Of a stretch of 64,000 nt of DNA, positions 40,927-50,818 are shown in pieces. The position numbers and the translations under genes are program-made. This stretch comes from an uncultured Cryptobacterium sp. Lineage in GTDB: Bacteria; Actinomycetota; Coriobacteriia; Coriobacteriales; Eggerthellaceae. The stretch is from assembly GCA_958410215.1 (NCBI GenBank), contig CATYOF010000012.1:2238-66237 (forward strand), read 5' to 3'. How positions within the stretch are numbered: position 1 is the stretch's first letter; each line of letters opens with the position of its first letter. Under the pieces are notes generated by a model, which saw only the letters and a list, made by a program, of their open reading frames with translations, did no database searches and was not told the DNA's origin.

Positions 40927-41922
40927 TTAATCACGCAATGTTGCAAGCACAATGGCCTTAATGGAATGCATGCGGTTTTCTGCTTCGTCAAACACCTTTG
41001 AAGCGTCCGATTCAAACACTTCGTTAGTTACTTCCATTTCCGTTAATCCAAACTTTTCTTCAATTTCTTGCGCAACGGTAGTATGAGTGTCGTGGAACGC
41101 TGGCAAGCAATGCATGAAGATGGCGTTATCTGCCGCATTAGCCATAACCTGAGCATTAATTTGATAAGGAGAAAGCTCTTTAATACGTTCTTCCCACAAA
41201 CTTGCTGGTTCGCCCATAGAAACCCAAATATCGGTATACAGAATGTTGGCGCCCTTAGTTCCCTCTTCCACATCAGACGTTACCAACACTTCGCAGCCGT
41301 TTTCTTTAGCTATTGCTTGGCATGTTTCAACAAGCTTTGGATCAGGCATGGAAGATTCTGGTGCGCAGGCCACAAAAGTAATACCCATCTTTGCGCAGCC
41401 AACCATAAGCGAATTTGCTACGTTATTCTTCGCATCGCCCATGAACACAAGCTTCAAGCCTTCAAAAGAACCATAGTTTTCACGAATCGTAAGTAAGTCG
41501 GCAATGGTTTGGGTAGGATGACATTCAGTGGTCAAACCATTCCATACCGGAACACCAGCATATTCTGCTAAGGTGTCTACGATTTCTTGACCGTACCCGC
41601 GATATTCAATGCCATCAAACATACGCCCCAGCACACGTGCAGTATCTTCGATAGATTCCTTATTACCCATCTGGGACCCAGCGGCATCCAGGTATGTTAC
41701 ACCCATACCCAAATCGTGACCTGCAACTTCAAAAGAGCAACGAGTACGCGTTGAAGTTTTTTCGAACAACAACACGATATTTTTGCCTTCAAGTTCCTTA
41801 TGAAGAATACCTGCATGTTTTTTCTCTTTTAATTCCTGAGCAAGATCAACCAATGAAAGAATTTCTTCGGAAGTGAAGTCGAGCAACTTTAAGAAGTTAC
41901 GGCCAGAAAGTGATGTTGCCAT
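40927..41922 (-). CDS. argF: Ornithine carbamoyltransferase
   Basis: [42 protein letters not shown] before ATG 41922. Confidence 0.95.
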   Translation of the reverse strand: MATSLSGRNFLKLLDFTSEEILSLVDLAQELKEKKHAGILHKELEGKNIVLLFEKTSTRTRCSFEVAGHDLGMGVTYLDAAGSQMGNKESIEDTARVLGRMFDGIEYRGYGQEIVDTLAEYAGVPVWNGLTTECHPTQTIADLLTIRENYGSFEGLKLVFMGDAKNNVANSLMVGCAKMGITFVACAPESSMPDPKLVETCQAIAKENGCEVLVTSDVEEGTKGANILYTDIWVSMGEPASLWEERIKELSPYQINAQVMANAADNAIFMHCLPAFHDTHTTVAQEIEEKFGLTEMEVTNEVFESDASKVFDEAENRMHSIKAIVLATLRD

Positions 41923-42097
41923 TGGTCCTCCTGATATGACAAGCAAAACATTACAAATAAAAAGCGCACCTCATACAAGGTGCACTTCCATTATGACACA
42001 GTACGCAACTTTGCACCGTTACACTTTAGGTAACAGCACTGGGCATAACAGTAAGAGGATATTTCTTAAACAAGAAAGAACAGCCAATATCGGCAAA

Positions 42098-42772
42098 TTA
42101 CTGAGCGTCTTCAGCAATAGTCATACCCTTATGGTTGCCCGTGATGGCATATTCTACCCATTCGGCAATGTTTACCACATGGTCTCCAATGCGTTCAAGG
42201 TATTTACCAATCATCAAAATATCAAGCGCTGAAGTTTCATCGGGCAGATGCTTAGCAATGTGATTGGCAATATCTCGTTTTAAATCTTCAAACAACAAAT
42301 TAATTTCTTCATCACGCGCTATCGTTTCCCTTGTTTTCTCTAAATCAAGATACAGATACGCATCAATCACATCATTTACCTGTTTTGAGGCCTTTTCTGC
42401 CATTGCTGAAAGTGCCGCAAAATTCGAAAGATCCAATCCTTCAGGCAAGCCAGTTGCAATTTCGCAAATTTCCGCTGCCTGATCACCAATGCGTTCAAGA
42501 TCAGTAATCATCTTCAAAGCCGAAGTAACCGTTCGAAGATCAGTTGCAACAGGCTGTTCGCGCAGCAACAGGCGCAAACATAAGCGCTCAATTTCGCGTT
42601 CCTTTTCGTTGATTAGCGAATCGTTTTGCGCGATAAGCATTGCCTTAGTGGGATTAGTTTGCTTCACCGCATCAAAGGAACCTTCAATTGCCTCTTTAAC
42701 TAATTCACCCATAGCAGCCATTTGGGCATTCAAGGTGTGAAGTTCATCATCAAAAATTGGACGTGCAGCCAT
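42098..42772 (-). CDS. phoU: Phosphate signalling protein PhoU
   Basis: QPVATDLR, DLERIGD, YLERIGDH..NIAEW. Confidence 0.95.
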   Translation of the reverse strand: MAARPIFDDELHTLNAQMAAMGELVKEAIEGSFDAVKQTNPTKAMLIAQNDSLINEKEREIERLCLRLLLREQPVATDLRTVTSALKMITDLERIGDQAAEICEIATGLPEGLDLSNFAALSAMAEKASKQVNDVIDAYLYLDLEKTRETIARDEEINLLFEDLKRDIANHIAKHLPDETSALDILMIGKYLERIGDHVVNIAEWVEYAITGNHKGMTIAEDAQ

Positions 42773-42775
42773 GAC

Positions 42776-43531
42776 TTATCCAAACCTTCCCGAAATATAG
42801 TCTTCCGTACGCTTATCTTTTGGAGTAGAAAACAGAACATCTGTCGGTGAGCATTCAATCATTTCACCCAGCAAGAAAAATGCGGTTGAATCAGATATAC
42901 GCGCAGCTTGTTGCATGTTATGCGTAACAATAATGATGGTGTAGTTTTCTTTCAGCTCTCCTACTAATTCTTCAATCTTGTTTGTAGAAATAGGATCGAG
43001 CGCACTGGTAGGTTCGTCCATCAGCAACACCTCAGGATTTACTGCTAACGCGCGAGCAATACACAAACGCTGCTGCTGACCGCCTGAAAGCCCAAGTGCA
43101 TTTTTCTTAAGACGATCTTTTAATTCGTCAAAAATTGCCGCTTTGCGCAGAGAATCTTCAACGATATCGTCCAATTCTGACTTTTTCTTAATGCCATGAG
43201 TACGGGGGCCAAACGCAATGTTGTCATAGATTGACATAGGAAATGGATTGGGTTTTTGAAACACCATGCCCACTTTTTTACGGAGCACATTTACATCGTA
43301 CTTGTCGTAAATATCTTCCCCATCAAGGGTAATGCGTCCGGTTATTTTACATCCTTCCACCAAATCATTCATACGATTGAGCGACTTTAGCAACGTGGAT
43401 TTGCCGCAGCCTGAAGGACCGATCATAGCCGTTACGTTATGTTCAATAAACGATAAGTTAATATCACGAAGCGCCTGATAATCCCCATAAAAGAGATCCA
43501 TATGTGATACGTCCATTTTGGCGTTATTCAT
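42776..43531 (-). CDS. pstB: Phosphate ABC transporter ATPase
   Basis: [37 protein letters not shown]. Confidence 0.96.
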   Translation of the reverse strand: MNNAKMDVSHMDLFYGDYQALRDINLSFIEHNVTAMIGPSGCGKSTLLKSLNRMNDLVEGCKITGRITLDGEDIYDKYDVNVLRKKVGMVFQKPNPFPMSIYDNIAFGPRTHGIKKKSELDDIVEDSLRKAAIFDELKDRLKKNALGLSGGQQQRLCIARALAVNPEVLLMDEPTSALDPISTNKIEELVGELKENYTIIIVTHNMQQAARISDSTAFFLLGEMIECSPTDVLFSTPKDKRTEDYISGRFG

Positions 43532-44390
43532 TTGAAGTAGTTCCTTTACTGATTCTATTAGCTACCGCAGAAGTAGCGAAGTTAATAAGCAACACAAAAA
43601 CAAGGAGCAATACCGCAGTGGCATACGTTGCATCAATATGAAGACCTTCACTTGCCAGAAGATACATATGCACTGCCAAGGTTCGTGTAGAGCTAAATAC
43701 CGATTCAGGAACTGCAGCAATAGATCCGGCGGTATAAATAAGTGCCGCTGATTCGCCTACTGTACGACCAATAGCCAAAATAATGCCACCCAAAATACCC
43801 GGAATAGCAGCAGGCAACACGATTTTAAATACGGTACGAAAGCGACCAGCGCCCAAGCCAAACGATCCTTCACGATACAAATCGGGTACTGCCGCCAGGG
43901 CCTCTTGCGATGCACGCATAATAATAGGAAACGTCATAATTGCCATAGTGCATACACCCGCAAGCAATGACAGGCCCCATTGCAGGTAATATACGAAGAA
44001 CAGCAAACCAAAAAGGCCATACACAATAGAAGGAATACCCGATAGAGTTTCTGTCGCCAGCGCAACAATTCGCACGAATTAATTAGTTTTATTGGTGTAT
44101 TCGTTAAGGAATATTGCCGCACCGATGCCAAAAATCGAAGAACACGATACCGCCATCACAATAACAATGAGCGTGTTAAACAGAGCCGGCATAAAAGAAA
44201 CGTTGTCTGAATTGTATTCCAGTTCAAACATTTCTGGCTTTATTTGGGGAATACCCATAACCAAAATGTACCCAATAATTAAACACACTGCCAAAACCGT
44301 AAGCACTGTTGCCAGTTTTACGGCATAACGAAACACCCAAGAAGAAACCTTTGCCGGTTTTGTCTTGGTTAGTACGCGATTATCAGCCAT
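43524..44390 (-). pseudogene. pstA: pstA interrupted by a single in-frame TAA at 44079-44081
   Basis: Two ORFs in the same frame: ...FLNEYTNKTN*FVRIVALATETLSGIPSIVYGLFG...; together they make a full-length ~288-codon PstA. Confidence 0.85.
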
Positions 44391-45237
44391 TCTTGCTCCT
44401 CTTCTTCAAGGCAGCAAATGCAAAATTAATAATTAGAATGAACACGAACAACACGCATGCCGTACCAATCAATGCACCTCGATGAAGATCGGCTGCATAG
44501 CCCATTTCTAAAACGATGTTTGCGGTCATAGTACGAATGCCGTCAGTGATAGCATCAGGTAACTGAACCTGATTGCCTGCAATCATGATGACCGCCATGG
44601 TTTCACCAATAGCGCGGCCAATTGCCAAAATAATGGAAGCAAGCACACCTGAAACTGCCGCCGGCAGCATAACCCGCATAATAGTGCGTTCATGATCTGC
44701 CCCAAGAGCAAGCGCTCCTTCGTAATAGGCTTCTGGAACCGCTTTTAAAGCGGATTCGGATAACGTAATGATGGTGGGCAAAATCATAATGCCTAATACG
44801 ATTGAAGCGCACAAAATAGACTGGCCTGTTCCACCAAAGTTTTCACGAATGAAAGGTACCAATACCACCAGGCCAAAAAAGCCATATACAACAGAAGGAA
44901 TGCCGGCAAGCAGTTGAACTCCCGCTTTAGCAATTTTAGCCACCCGTTTGCTTCCAAAGTACGCCAAGAAAATAGCGCATAGTATACCTAGCGGAACGCC
45001 GATAACTAAGGCGCCAGCCATTACATACAAGCTGCCAATAATCATGACTCCAATGCCATATACGTCATTGGAAGGACGCCAGGTAGTGCCAAAAATGAAA
45101 TCAAAGACGCCAATTTCTGCAATTGCAGGGATGCCGTTGCCAAAAATAAATACACAAATCACTACAACTGCAGCCACCGAAATGGCTGCAGCTATAGCAA
45201 AGATTATTTTGGCAACCAATTCTTTGGTTTGTGCCAT
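44383..45237 (-). CDS. pstC: Phosphate ABC transporter permease PstC
   Basis: LLAGIPSVVYG, MILPTI, EGALALGA, RAIGETMAV. Confidence 0.95.
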   Translation of the reverse strand: MAQTKELVAKIIFAIAAAISVAAVVVICVFIFGNGIPAIAEIGVFDFIFGTTWRPSNDVYGIGVMIIGSLYVMAGALVIGVPLGILCAIFLAYFGSKRVAKIAKAGVQLLAGIPSVVYGFFGLVVLVPFIRENFGGTGQSILCASIVLGIMILPTIITLSESALKAVPEAYYEGALALGADHERTIMRVMLPAAVSGVLASIILAIGRAIGETMAVIMIAGNQVQLPDAITDGIRTMTANIVLEMGYAADLHRGALIGTACVLFVFILIINFAFAALKKRSKNG

Positions 45238-45242
45238 GTTAC

Positions 45243-46151
45243 TTAGCCAATCTCGCTCCAGGAAGTAATTTCACCGGTGAAGATTTGCTTAACCTGATCA
45301 GTGGTTAAATCTTCAACTGCGCTTTCTGGATTAACGATTACCGCAATACCATCAGTAGCAATTACGGTAGCCTCAGCACCTTCGCTGGTTTCAGAATCCT
45401 TAAGTTCGCGAGATGCCATACCAAGATCGCATGCACCCTCAAGAGCAGACGTTACACCAGTAGTAGAGTCAGACTGATTAACTTCGATGGTTACATCAGG
45501 ATTAAGTTCCTGATAAGCCTCTGCAAGCTTTTCCATTACGGGAGTTACCGAAGAAGAACCAGCAACCGTTACGGTGCCAGAAAGACCAGAAGCGGTATAA
45601 GCTTCACCGCCATCCAGAGGGATATAGCCCTCTTCAGCTACAACAGCCTGACCATCAGTGCTCAAGATATAGTTCATGAAATCCTGTGCTACATCGCTCA
45701 ATTCCGTATTGGAATTGGTTACCACGTTGAAGGGACGGGATACCTTGTAATCGCCCGACTTAACGTTATCTACCGTAGCTTCAGCACCATCAATCTTTAC
45801 TGCCTTTACGCTGTCATCAAGAGAACCAAGCGAAATATAGCCAATAGCATTAGCGTCACCTGCAACAGTTGTCATCATAACGGCAGTAGAGTTAGTAATA
45901 GAGGCAGATTCGGTAGTCATATCTACCTTTTCGCCGTTTTCATCTTCCTGTTCAATACCAAACAATTCAATGAAAGCACCGCGGGTGCCAGAACCATCTT
46001 CGCGAGATACCACATTAATAGTTTCACCTGAATCTGATGAAGTATCCTCACTTGATTCATTGTTTGAGCTGCATCCAGCAAGAAGCATGCACGCAAAGGC
46101 AACACACACTGCCAGAGCACCGAAAAGCACCTTGTTTTTTACTGTACTCAC
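45243..46151 (-). CDS. pstS: Phosphate-binding lipoprotein PstS
   Basis: Lipobox LAGC; SREDGSGTRGAF, AGSSSV, SDSTTG, GMASR; GTG 46151 with AAGGA SD (46172 alternative). Confidence 0.9.
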   Translation of the reverse strand: MSTVKNKVLFGALAVCVAFACMLLAGCSSNNESSEDTSSDSGETINVVSREDGSGTRGAFIELFGIEQEDENGEKVDMTTESASITNSTAVMMTTVAGDANAIGYISLGSLDDSVKAVKIDGAEATVDNVKSGDYKVSRPFNVVTNSNTELSDVAQDFMNYILSTDGQAVVAEEGYIPLDGGEAYTASGLSGTVTVAGSSSVTPVMEKLAEAYQELNPDVTIEVNQSDSTTGVTSALEGACDLGMASRELKDSETSEGAEATVIATDGIAVIVNPESAVEDLTTDQVKQIFTGEITSWSEIG

Positions 46152-46237
46152 TTTTAATTCCTTTTCTCTCATACCTTAGGATGCACAGAAAAGCATCCTT
46201 TTGCTGGAGTAATAATCTCTGGATTGCTTCAAAAAGT

Positions 46238-46275
46238 GGTTACACAAACCTGAAAGAATGTTAGAGAATGATTAA
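46238..46275 (-). promoter_or_regulatory. Pho-box-like direct repeats upstream of pstS
   Basis: Minus strand TTAATC/CTAACA/TTCAGG/GTAACC at 11, 10 and 11 bp spacing. Confidence 0.45.
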
Positions 46276-46367
46276 GTGAAGTATGTTTTGATAAAACATT
46301 GTAAAAAGTGCCCTTTACGATTCGATTTGTTGCAAAATTATGCAAGCACAAGGAAAGGAAACGAATC

Positions 46368-47066
46368 GTGACCACTATATTACTTATTGAAGACGATCCT
46401 ACTATTCGCCTTGCAACTGAATTTTCCCTCACAAAACATGGCTATGCCGTAAGCTCCTGCGAAGATGGGAACTCAGGATATGAAACGGCCTTAAATATAG
46501 AGCCCGATCTAATTTTGCTTGACGTCATGCTTCCTGGCATGAATGGTTTTGAAGTAGCAAGCAAGCTGCGTAAGGAAGGATTTAATTCCCCTATTTTGAT
46601 GCTTACCGCCCTTGATGCTGATGAAGATAAAATCAAAGGCTTAGACGCTGGTGCTGATGACTATGTAACAAAACCCTTTTCTACCGAAGTATTGCTTGCC
46701 CGTATTCGCGCTAACCTTCGTCGAACTGAAATGGATGGCGTAAACCTGTCTAAACCACAAACCTATGGTGATTTAACTCTTGATATAGAAAACAGCACCG
46801 CAAGCGTAAAGGGCAAACCCTTGAAACTTCGCAGTAAAGAGCTAGCCCTTCTGTTTGCTCTTGCCGAACGCCAAGGTATGTTGTGCCGCCGCACCTGGTT
46901 AACGCAAAAAGTTTGGAAGGAAGACTACTTAAGCACCTCTCGCACTATCGATGTTCATATTCGTCGCCTTCGTTCTGTTCTTGATGAAGTAAGTGATTAT
47001 CGCTATATCCATACGGTACACGGAATGGGCTACCGTTTTGAACCGGTAAAGAAGACCGAAGAATAA
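46368..47066 (+). CDS. OmpR/PhoB family response regulator (PhoP/RegX3-like)
   Basis: IEDD, LLDVMLP, GADDYVTKPF, wHTH RTIDVHIRRLR; divergent from pstS; GTG start after GAAAGGA. Confidence 0.9.
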   Translation: MTTILLIEDDPTIRLATEFSLTKHGYAVSSCEDGNSGYETALNIEPDLILLDVMLPGMNGFEVASKLRKEGFNSPILMLTALDADEDKIKGLDAGADDYVTKPFSTEVLLARIRANLRRTEMDGVNLSKPQTYGDLTLDIENSTASVKGKPLKLRSKELALLFALAERQGMLCRRTWLTQKVWKEDYLSTSRTIDVHIRRLRSVLDEVSDYRYIHTVHGMGYRFEPVKKTEE

Positions 47067-47091
47067 GCCTGTAGAATAAGCGAGTTTGTGC

Positions 47092-48420
47092 ATGAGTCCG
47101 TTCTTTTCATTTTTAAAAGGCATTGGCAACACGCCATCAGGTAAAGAAACAAAGCGATTTACCTGGATATATTTAATTGGATATGTCGTGATAGCACTTA
47201 TTTTTATTGGGTGCTCTATTGCCTTTATCTACACACCTTTAAACAATGAAATAGCTGATCGTCAAACCACCAACTTGGTAACTACTGCCCAAGCTTCCGC
47301 TAATGCTTTGTCAAAAACCACTAATGCCAGTGAATTCGTTGTATCCGCAACGCACAGTACCGATTTACGTATGACGGTTATTGATTCGGATGGCGATGTA
47401 GTGGCGGATTCCGAAGTGGATCCTTCCACCATGACCAATCATTCGGATCGCGAGGAAGTAACCGAAGCAATTCAGGGCGGTATTGGCAGTGCACAACGTA
47501 CCAGTGCCACTGATAACAAGAATTGGCTCTACGTTGCCGTACCTGCTTCCTACAATGATGAACAGGTGGTTGTGCGTGTAAGTGAACCCTCCACAGCTTT
47601 TTCTATGATTACGCAAAATGCTCAAACGACCTCAGTTATTTTCATTGTGGCAGGCTGCTTACTGGTGTTGCTGGTGGCCGTGCTGGCCTTTAAGAAATCG
47701 CACGCTCCCATCAAGAAATTCGATCAGGTTCGATCAGACTTTGTAGCAAACGCAAGCCACGAACTAAAAACTCCCGTTGCAGGAATTAGATTATTATCCG
47801 AAGCAATTCGTGATGCCGCAGAAATAGAAGATAAGAAAAGCTTAAATTTATTTATTGATCGCCTGGACAACGAAGCAGAACGCCTCCAACGCTTAGTTAT
47901 TGACCTGCTTGACTTATCACGTTTGGAAGAAACTCCTGATCAAGATAAATGTCCTCGCACTGACTTACACAGCGCCCTTGTGACTAGCTTTATGGCACAT
48001 AAAGGTGGTGCAGAAGATAAGCATCTCGACCTTGTTCTGGACGATCGCTCAGTAACGGGTGATGATTGCTATGCAGATATGGAACCATCAGATGCATCGT
48101 TAGTGTTTGATAATTTGATTGAAAACGCAATTATGTATACCGACGAAGGCAGTATTTTAGTTACCTTCGAACCTCGCGGTCATGAAATTGCAGTAATCGT
48201 AGAAGATACCGGCATTGGTATTCCTCAGGCAGATCAATCCCGCATTTTCGAGCGCTTCTACCGCGTCGACAAAGCTCGTAGCCGCGAAGTAGGTGGCACC
48301 GGGTTGGGTCTGTCACTGGTGCGCCATGCGGTTGAACGTTCTAACGGTCGTGTAAGCGTAAAAAGTGCTCCTGGCGAAGGTTCGCAGTTTACCGTTGTAT
48401 TCCCCCGCGCAAAACGCTAA
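47092..48420 (+). CDS. Sensor histidine kinase (PhoR-like)
   Basis: 2 TMs, NHSDREEV sensor motif, FVANASHELKTP, N/G1/F/G2 boxes (FERFYRVDKARSR, GGTGLGL). Confidence 0.9.
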   Translation: MSPFFSFLKGIGNTPSGKETKRFTWIYLIGYVVIALIFIGCSIAFIYTPLNNEIADRQTTNLVTTAQASANALSKTTNASEFVVSATHSTDLRMTVIDSDGDVVADSEVDPSTMTNHSDREEVTEAIQGGIGSAQRTSATDNKNWLYVAVPASYNDEQVVVRVSEPSTAFSMITQNAQTTSVIFIVAGCLLVLLVAVLAFKKSHAPIKKFDQVRSDFVANASHELKTPVAGIRLLSEAIRDAAEIEDKKSLNLFIDRLDNEAERLQRLVIDLLDLSRLEETPDQDKCPRTDLHSALVTSFMAHKGGAEDKHLDLVLDDRSVTGDDCYADMEPSDASLVFDNLIENAIMYTDEGSILVTFEPRGHEIAVIVEDTGIGIPQADQSRIFERFYRVDKARSREVGGTGLGLSLVRHAVERSNGRVSVKSAPGEGSQFTVVFPRAKR

Positions 48421-48478
48421 AAGATTGCTCCGTGACAAGTGGACAGGGCGCTTGTCACGCGAATCGCAGCGTCAAATA

Positions 48479-48502
48479 AAATTCGGCTGATAAGCCGAAT
48501 TT
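48479..48502. terminator. Bidirectional hairpin terminator between the kinase and the tRNA-Gly 3' duplicate
   Basis: Perfect 10-bp stem AAATTCGGCT-GATA-AGCCGAATTT. Confidence 0.65.
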
Positions 48503-48506
48503 AACT

Positions 48507-48697
48507 AACTGGAGCGGGTGACGGGAATCCCGCGTTCGCTTTGCGAACGCTCAACCCCTTGGCGCAAGCGCCTGCGGGCGAATTCCTGAAAACGTGCCAC
48601 TGGCACGTTTTCTTAACGGAATTCCACCTCATCGGTTCGATTCCCTACTGCCCCTTAAAACAAAAAAGCAATGGACTATTGCCATTGCCGAACTATA
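48507..48697 (-). repeat. tRNA-Gly-linked repeat element (duplicated tRNA 3' end plus palindrome cluster)
   Basis: 48507-48529 is identical to 48698-48720 (23 bp); internal palindromes at 48532-48550, 48561-48572 and 48580-48624. Confidence 0.8.
48662..48688 (-). terminator. Intrinsic terminator after tRNA-Gly
   Basis: GCAATGG-N7-CCATTGC followed by T6. Confidence 0.7.
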
Positions 48698-48700
48698 AAC

Positions 48701-48774
48701 TGGAGCGGGTGACGGGAATCGAACCCGCGTGACCAGCTTGGAAGGCTGGAGTTCTACCATTGAACTACACCCGC
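48701..48774 (-). tRNA. tRNA-Gly (TCC)
   Basis: GCGGGTG...CACCCGC-TCCA, anticodon loop CTTCCAA. Confidence 0.96.
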
Positions 48775-48788
48775 GTATAAATAAAAAA

Positions 48789-48865
48789 TGGTCGGGATGA
48801 CAGGATTCGAACCTGCGACATCCTGCTCCCAAAGCAGGCGCGCTACCAAACTGCGCCACATCCCG
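48789..48865 (-). tRNA. tRNA-Pro (TGG)
   Basis: CGGGATG...CATCCCG-ACCA, anticodon loop TTTGGGA. Confidence 0.96.
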
Positions 48866-48895
48866 ACTGCAACGGTTAGATATTATAGCAATAAA

Positions 48896-49495
48896 TTACG
48901 CGTTGTGAAGTAGTTTTTTCAGATTTCTTAAAGCATTTCCTCTATGCGATATAGAATTCTTCTCTGCCTGCGATACTTCAGCAAGAGATTTTTCTCCCTT
49001 AAATTCATCAGGAAAAAAGAGAGGATCATAGCCAAAGCCCTCTTCGCCGCGCTCTTCAAAACCAATAGATCCCTCTATAAAGCCTTCTGCCACCGTTTCA
49101 GAGCCATCTTCATCTATAAACACTAACGAACACGCAAAACGGGCGGTACGCTTTTCTGTGGGAACTTGAGCCAATTCATGCAAAAGCTTTGCATTGTTGG
49201 CAGCATCGTCCCCTTCTTTGCCGCTATAACGCGAAGAATATACCCCTGGTGCACCATCGAGGGCATCTACAATCAAGCCTGAATCATCAGCCAAGGTGGC
49301 CAAACCGCTTAATTCATGAGCAGAACGAGCTTTGATGCGCGCATTTTCCACAAAAGTGGTACCTGTTTCTTCAGGGCTAGAAACAATCCCCGCTTCTTTC
49401 AGGGTTTTAAACTCCCAACCTTTAAACGAAAGAGCAGTTTTGATTTCTTCTACTTTATGTGCATTATTGGTTGCTATAACAACGGTCTTTGTCAT
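48896..49495 (-). CDS. rdgB: Non-canonical purine NTP pyrophosphatase (RdgB/HAM1)
   Basis: ATNNAHK, DDSGL, PGVYSSR, GFGYDP, KN.ISHR. Confidence 0.95.
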   Translation of the reverse strand: MTKTVVIATNNAHKVEEIKTALSFKGWEFKTLKEAGIVSSPEETGTTFVENARIKARSAHELSGLATLADDSGLIVDALDGAPGVYSSRYSGKEGDDAANNAKLLHELAQVPTEKRTARFACSLVFIDEDGSETVAEGFIEGSIGFEERGEEGFGYDPLFFPDEFKGEKSLAEVSQAEKNSISHRGNALRNLKKLLHNA

Positions 49496-49624
49496 ACCTT
49501 CCCCTTTTATCTCTGCTAGGTAAATGCATGTTATCCATCAAATGATCCAGAAAATGCTCCCGCACCCAAAACTTTACTTTAATCCCCTAGCTTACTTATC
49601 ATCGCACCACAAGAAAGCATTATG

Positions 49625-50485
49625 CTAGCCTAATGGCTCAAATCGAACTTCCCCTAAAGGCATTCGCAAAACTCGTTCACCAAACGAAGCAAATTCATCT
49701 ACGTCAGGATCGGACGAAGTAAAACTGTACGTGGGAATGTGCCCTGCATGTGCCAAAGCTTCCCTTCGCGTAAGTAAATCCTTGCAATCAAGAGAAACTT
49801 CTTTTGCTGAAGAAATAAGCTTTACCTGGGATCCCACCACCCCGCCAATCAAAGTTTTAAGAAGGGGAAAATGTGTACAACCCAACACCAGCGTGTCTAT
49901 TTCACTTCGCCTTAACGGTTCTAAATAATCTTGAGCAATTTCTTGAAACGCTGGACGTATATAAACCTTAGAAGCTAAAGAGGTATAGCTTTCAATAGGA
50001 CCTTTTGCCATACGTATACCCAATTCGGCAATTTCTACAAAACGTGGTGTAGCAGTAGAAAAAACCGTTATGCCCGCATCAATATTACGAATTGCTTTCG
50101 TATAAACGCCTGATTCAACCGTACCCTTTGTGGCAATAACGCCAATACGTCTATTGTGGGTAGCACGGGCAGCGGCACGGGCACCTGGCTCAATAACACC
50201 AATAATAGGGATATCAAAAGCTTGCTGAGCCGCCTCAAGACCTGCTGCAGTTGCCGTATTACAGGCAATGACAATCATTTTTACCTTATGGTCTATAAGC
50301 CACTGGCAAATTTGTAAAACGAAACCCTTTATCTCTTTAGGATCGCGTGGTCCATAAGGACAATGTGCACGGTCACCGTAAAAAATAATACTTTCTTCAG
50401 GAAGAGCTTTAATTATTTCACGCGCAACGGTAAGGCCACCAAAGCCCGAATCGAAGATGCCAATAGGCGCATCATCAAAATTCAT
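49625..50485 (-). CDS. murI: Glutamate racemase
   Basis: FDSGFGGLTV, PYGPR, IACNTAT, LGCTHFP. Confidence 0.95.
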   Translation of the reverse strand: MNFDDAPIGIFDSGFGGLTVAREIIKALPEESIIFYGDRAHCPYGPRDPKEIKGFVLQICQWLIDHKVKMIVIACNTATAAGLEAAQQAFDIPIIGVIEPGARAAARATHNRRIGVIATKGTVESGVYTKAIRNIDAGITVFSTATPRFVEIAELGIRMAKGPIESYTSLASKVYIRPAFQEIAQDYLEPLRRSEIDTLVLGCTHFPLLKTLIGGVVGSQVKLISSAKEVSLDCKDLLTRREALAHAGHIPTYSFTSSDPDVDEFASFGERVLRMPLGEVRFEPLG

Positions 50486-50688
50486 ACCGTTATCCTTCCC
50501 ACTAACGCGAACGGTTCGAAGACCGTTAATAGACTAGCAAAACTTAAAGATTCATAATTTAGAGTTTCCTTGTAGCTCATCTATTACTTTGTACTTTACG
50601 GCAGCTCTTCTCCTTGCCCAAAGCAAATAAAGAAAAACCTAAGGAAAAACAGCCAAGAGAAACAATTGCGCTATAATATCTTTTCTAG

Positions 50689-50765
50689 GCGCCCATAGCT
50701 CAGCTGGATAGAGCAGTGGACTTCTAATCCAAAGGTCGTAGGTTCGAATCCTACTGGGCGCGCCA
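50689..50765 (+). tRNA. tRNA-Arg (TCT)
   Basis: GCGCCCA...TGGGCGC-GCCA, anticodon loop CTTCTAA; TATAAT at 50672-50677. Confidence 0.96.
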
Positions 50766-50778
50766 GACAGTAACACAT

Positions 50779-50812
50779 GAGCCCGAAAGACAAACAGTCT
50801 CTCGGGCTCTTT
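50779..50812. terminator. Terminator between tRNA-Arg and the convergent LDT gene
   Basis: GAGCCCGAAAGAC-N5-GTCTCTCGGGCTC-TTT. Confidence 0.7.
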
Positions 50813-50818
50813 CTTTAC

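Noticed and set aside
44079..44081. Alternative genetic code or Sec/Pyl recoding in pstA
   Set aside because: The codon is TAA, which terminates many genes in this window; Sec and Pyl use TGA and TAG
48541..48859. ORFs 48541-48732 (+) and 48629-48859 (-)
   Set aside because: Translations of tRNA genes and the palindromic element
50507..50517. CGAAC-G-GTTCG as a LexA box upstream of murI
   Set aside because: Spacer is 1 nt rather than the 4 nt of the Gram-positive SOS box
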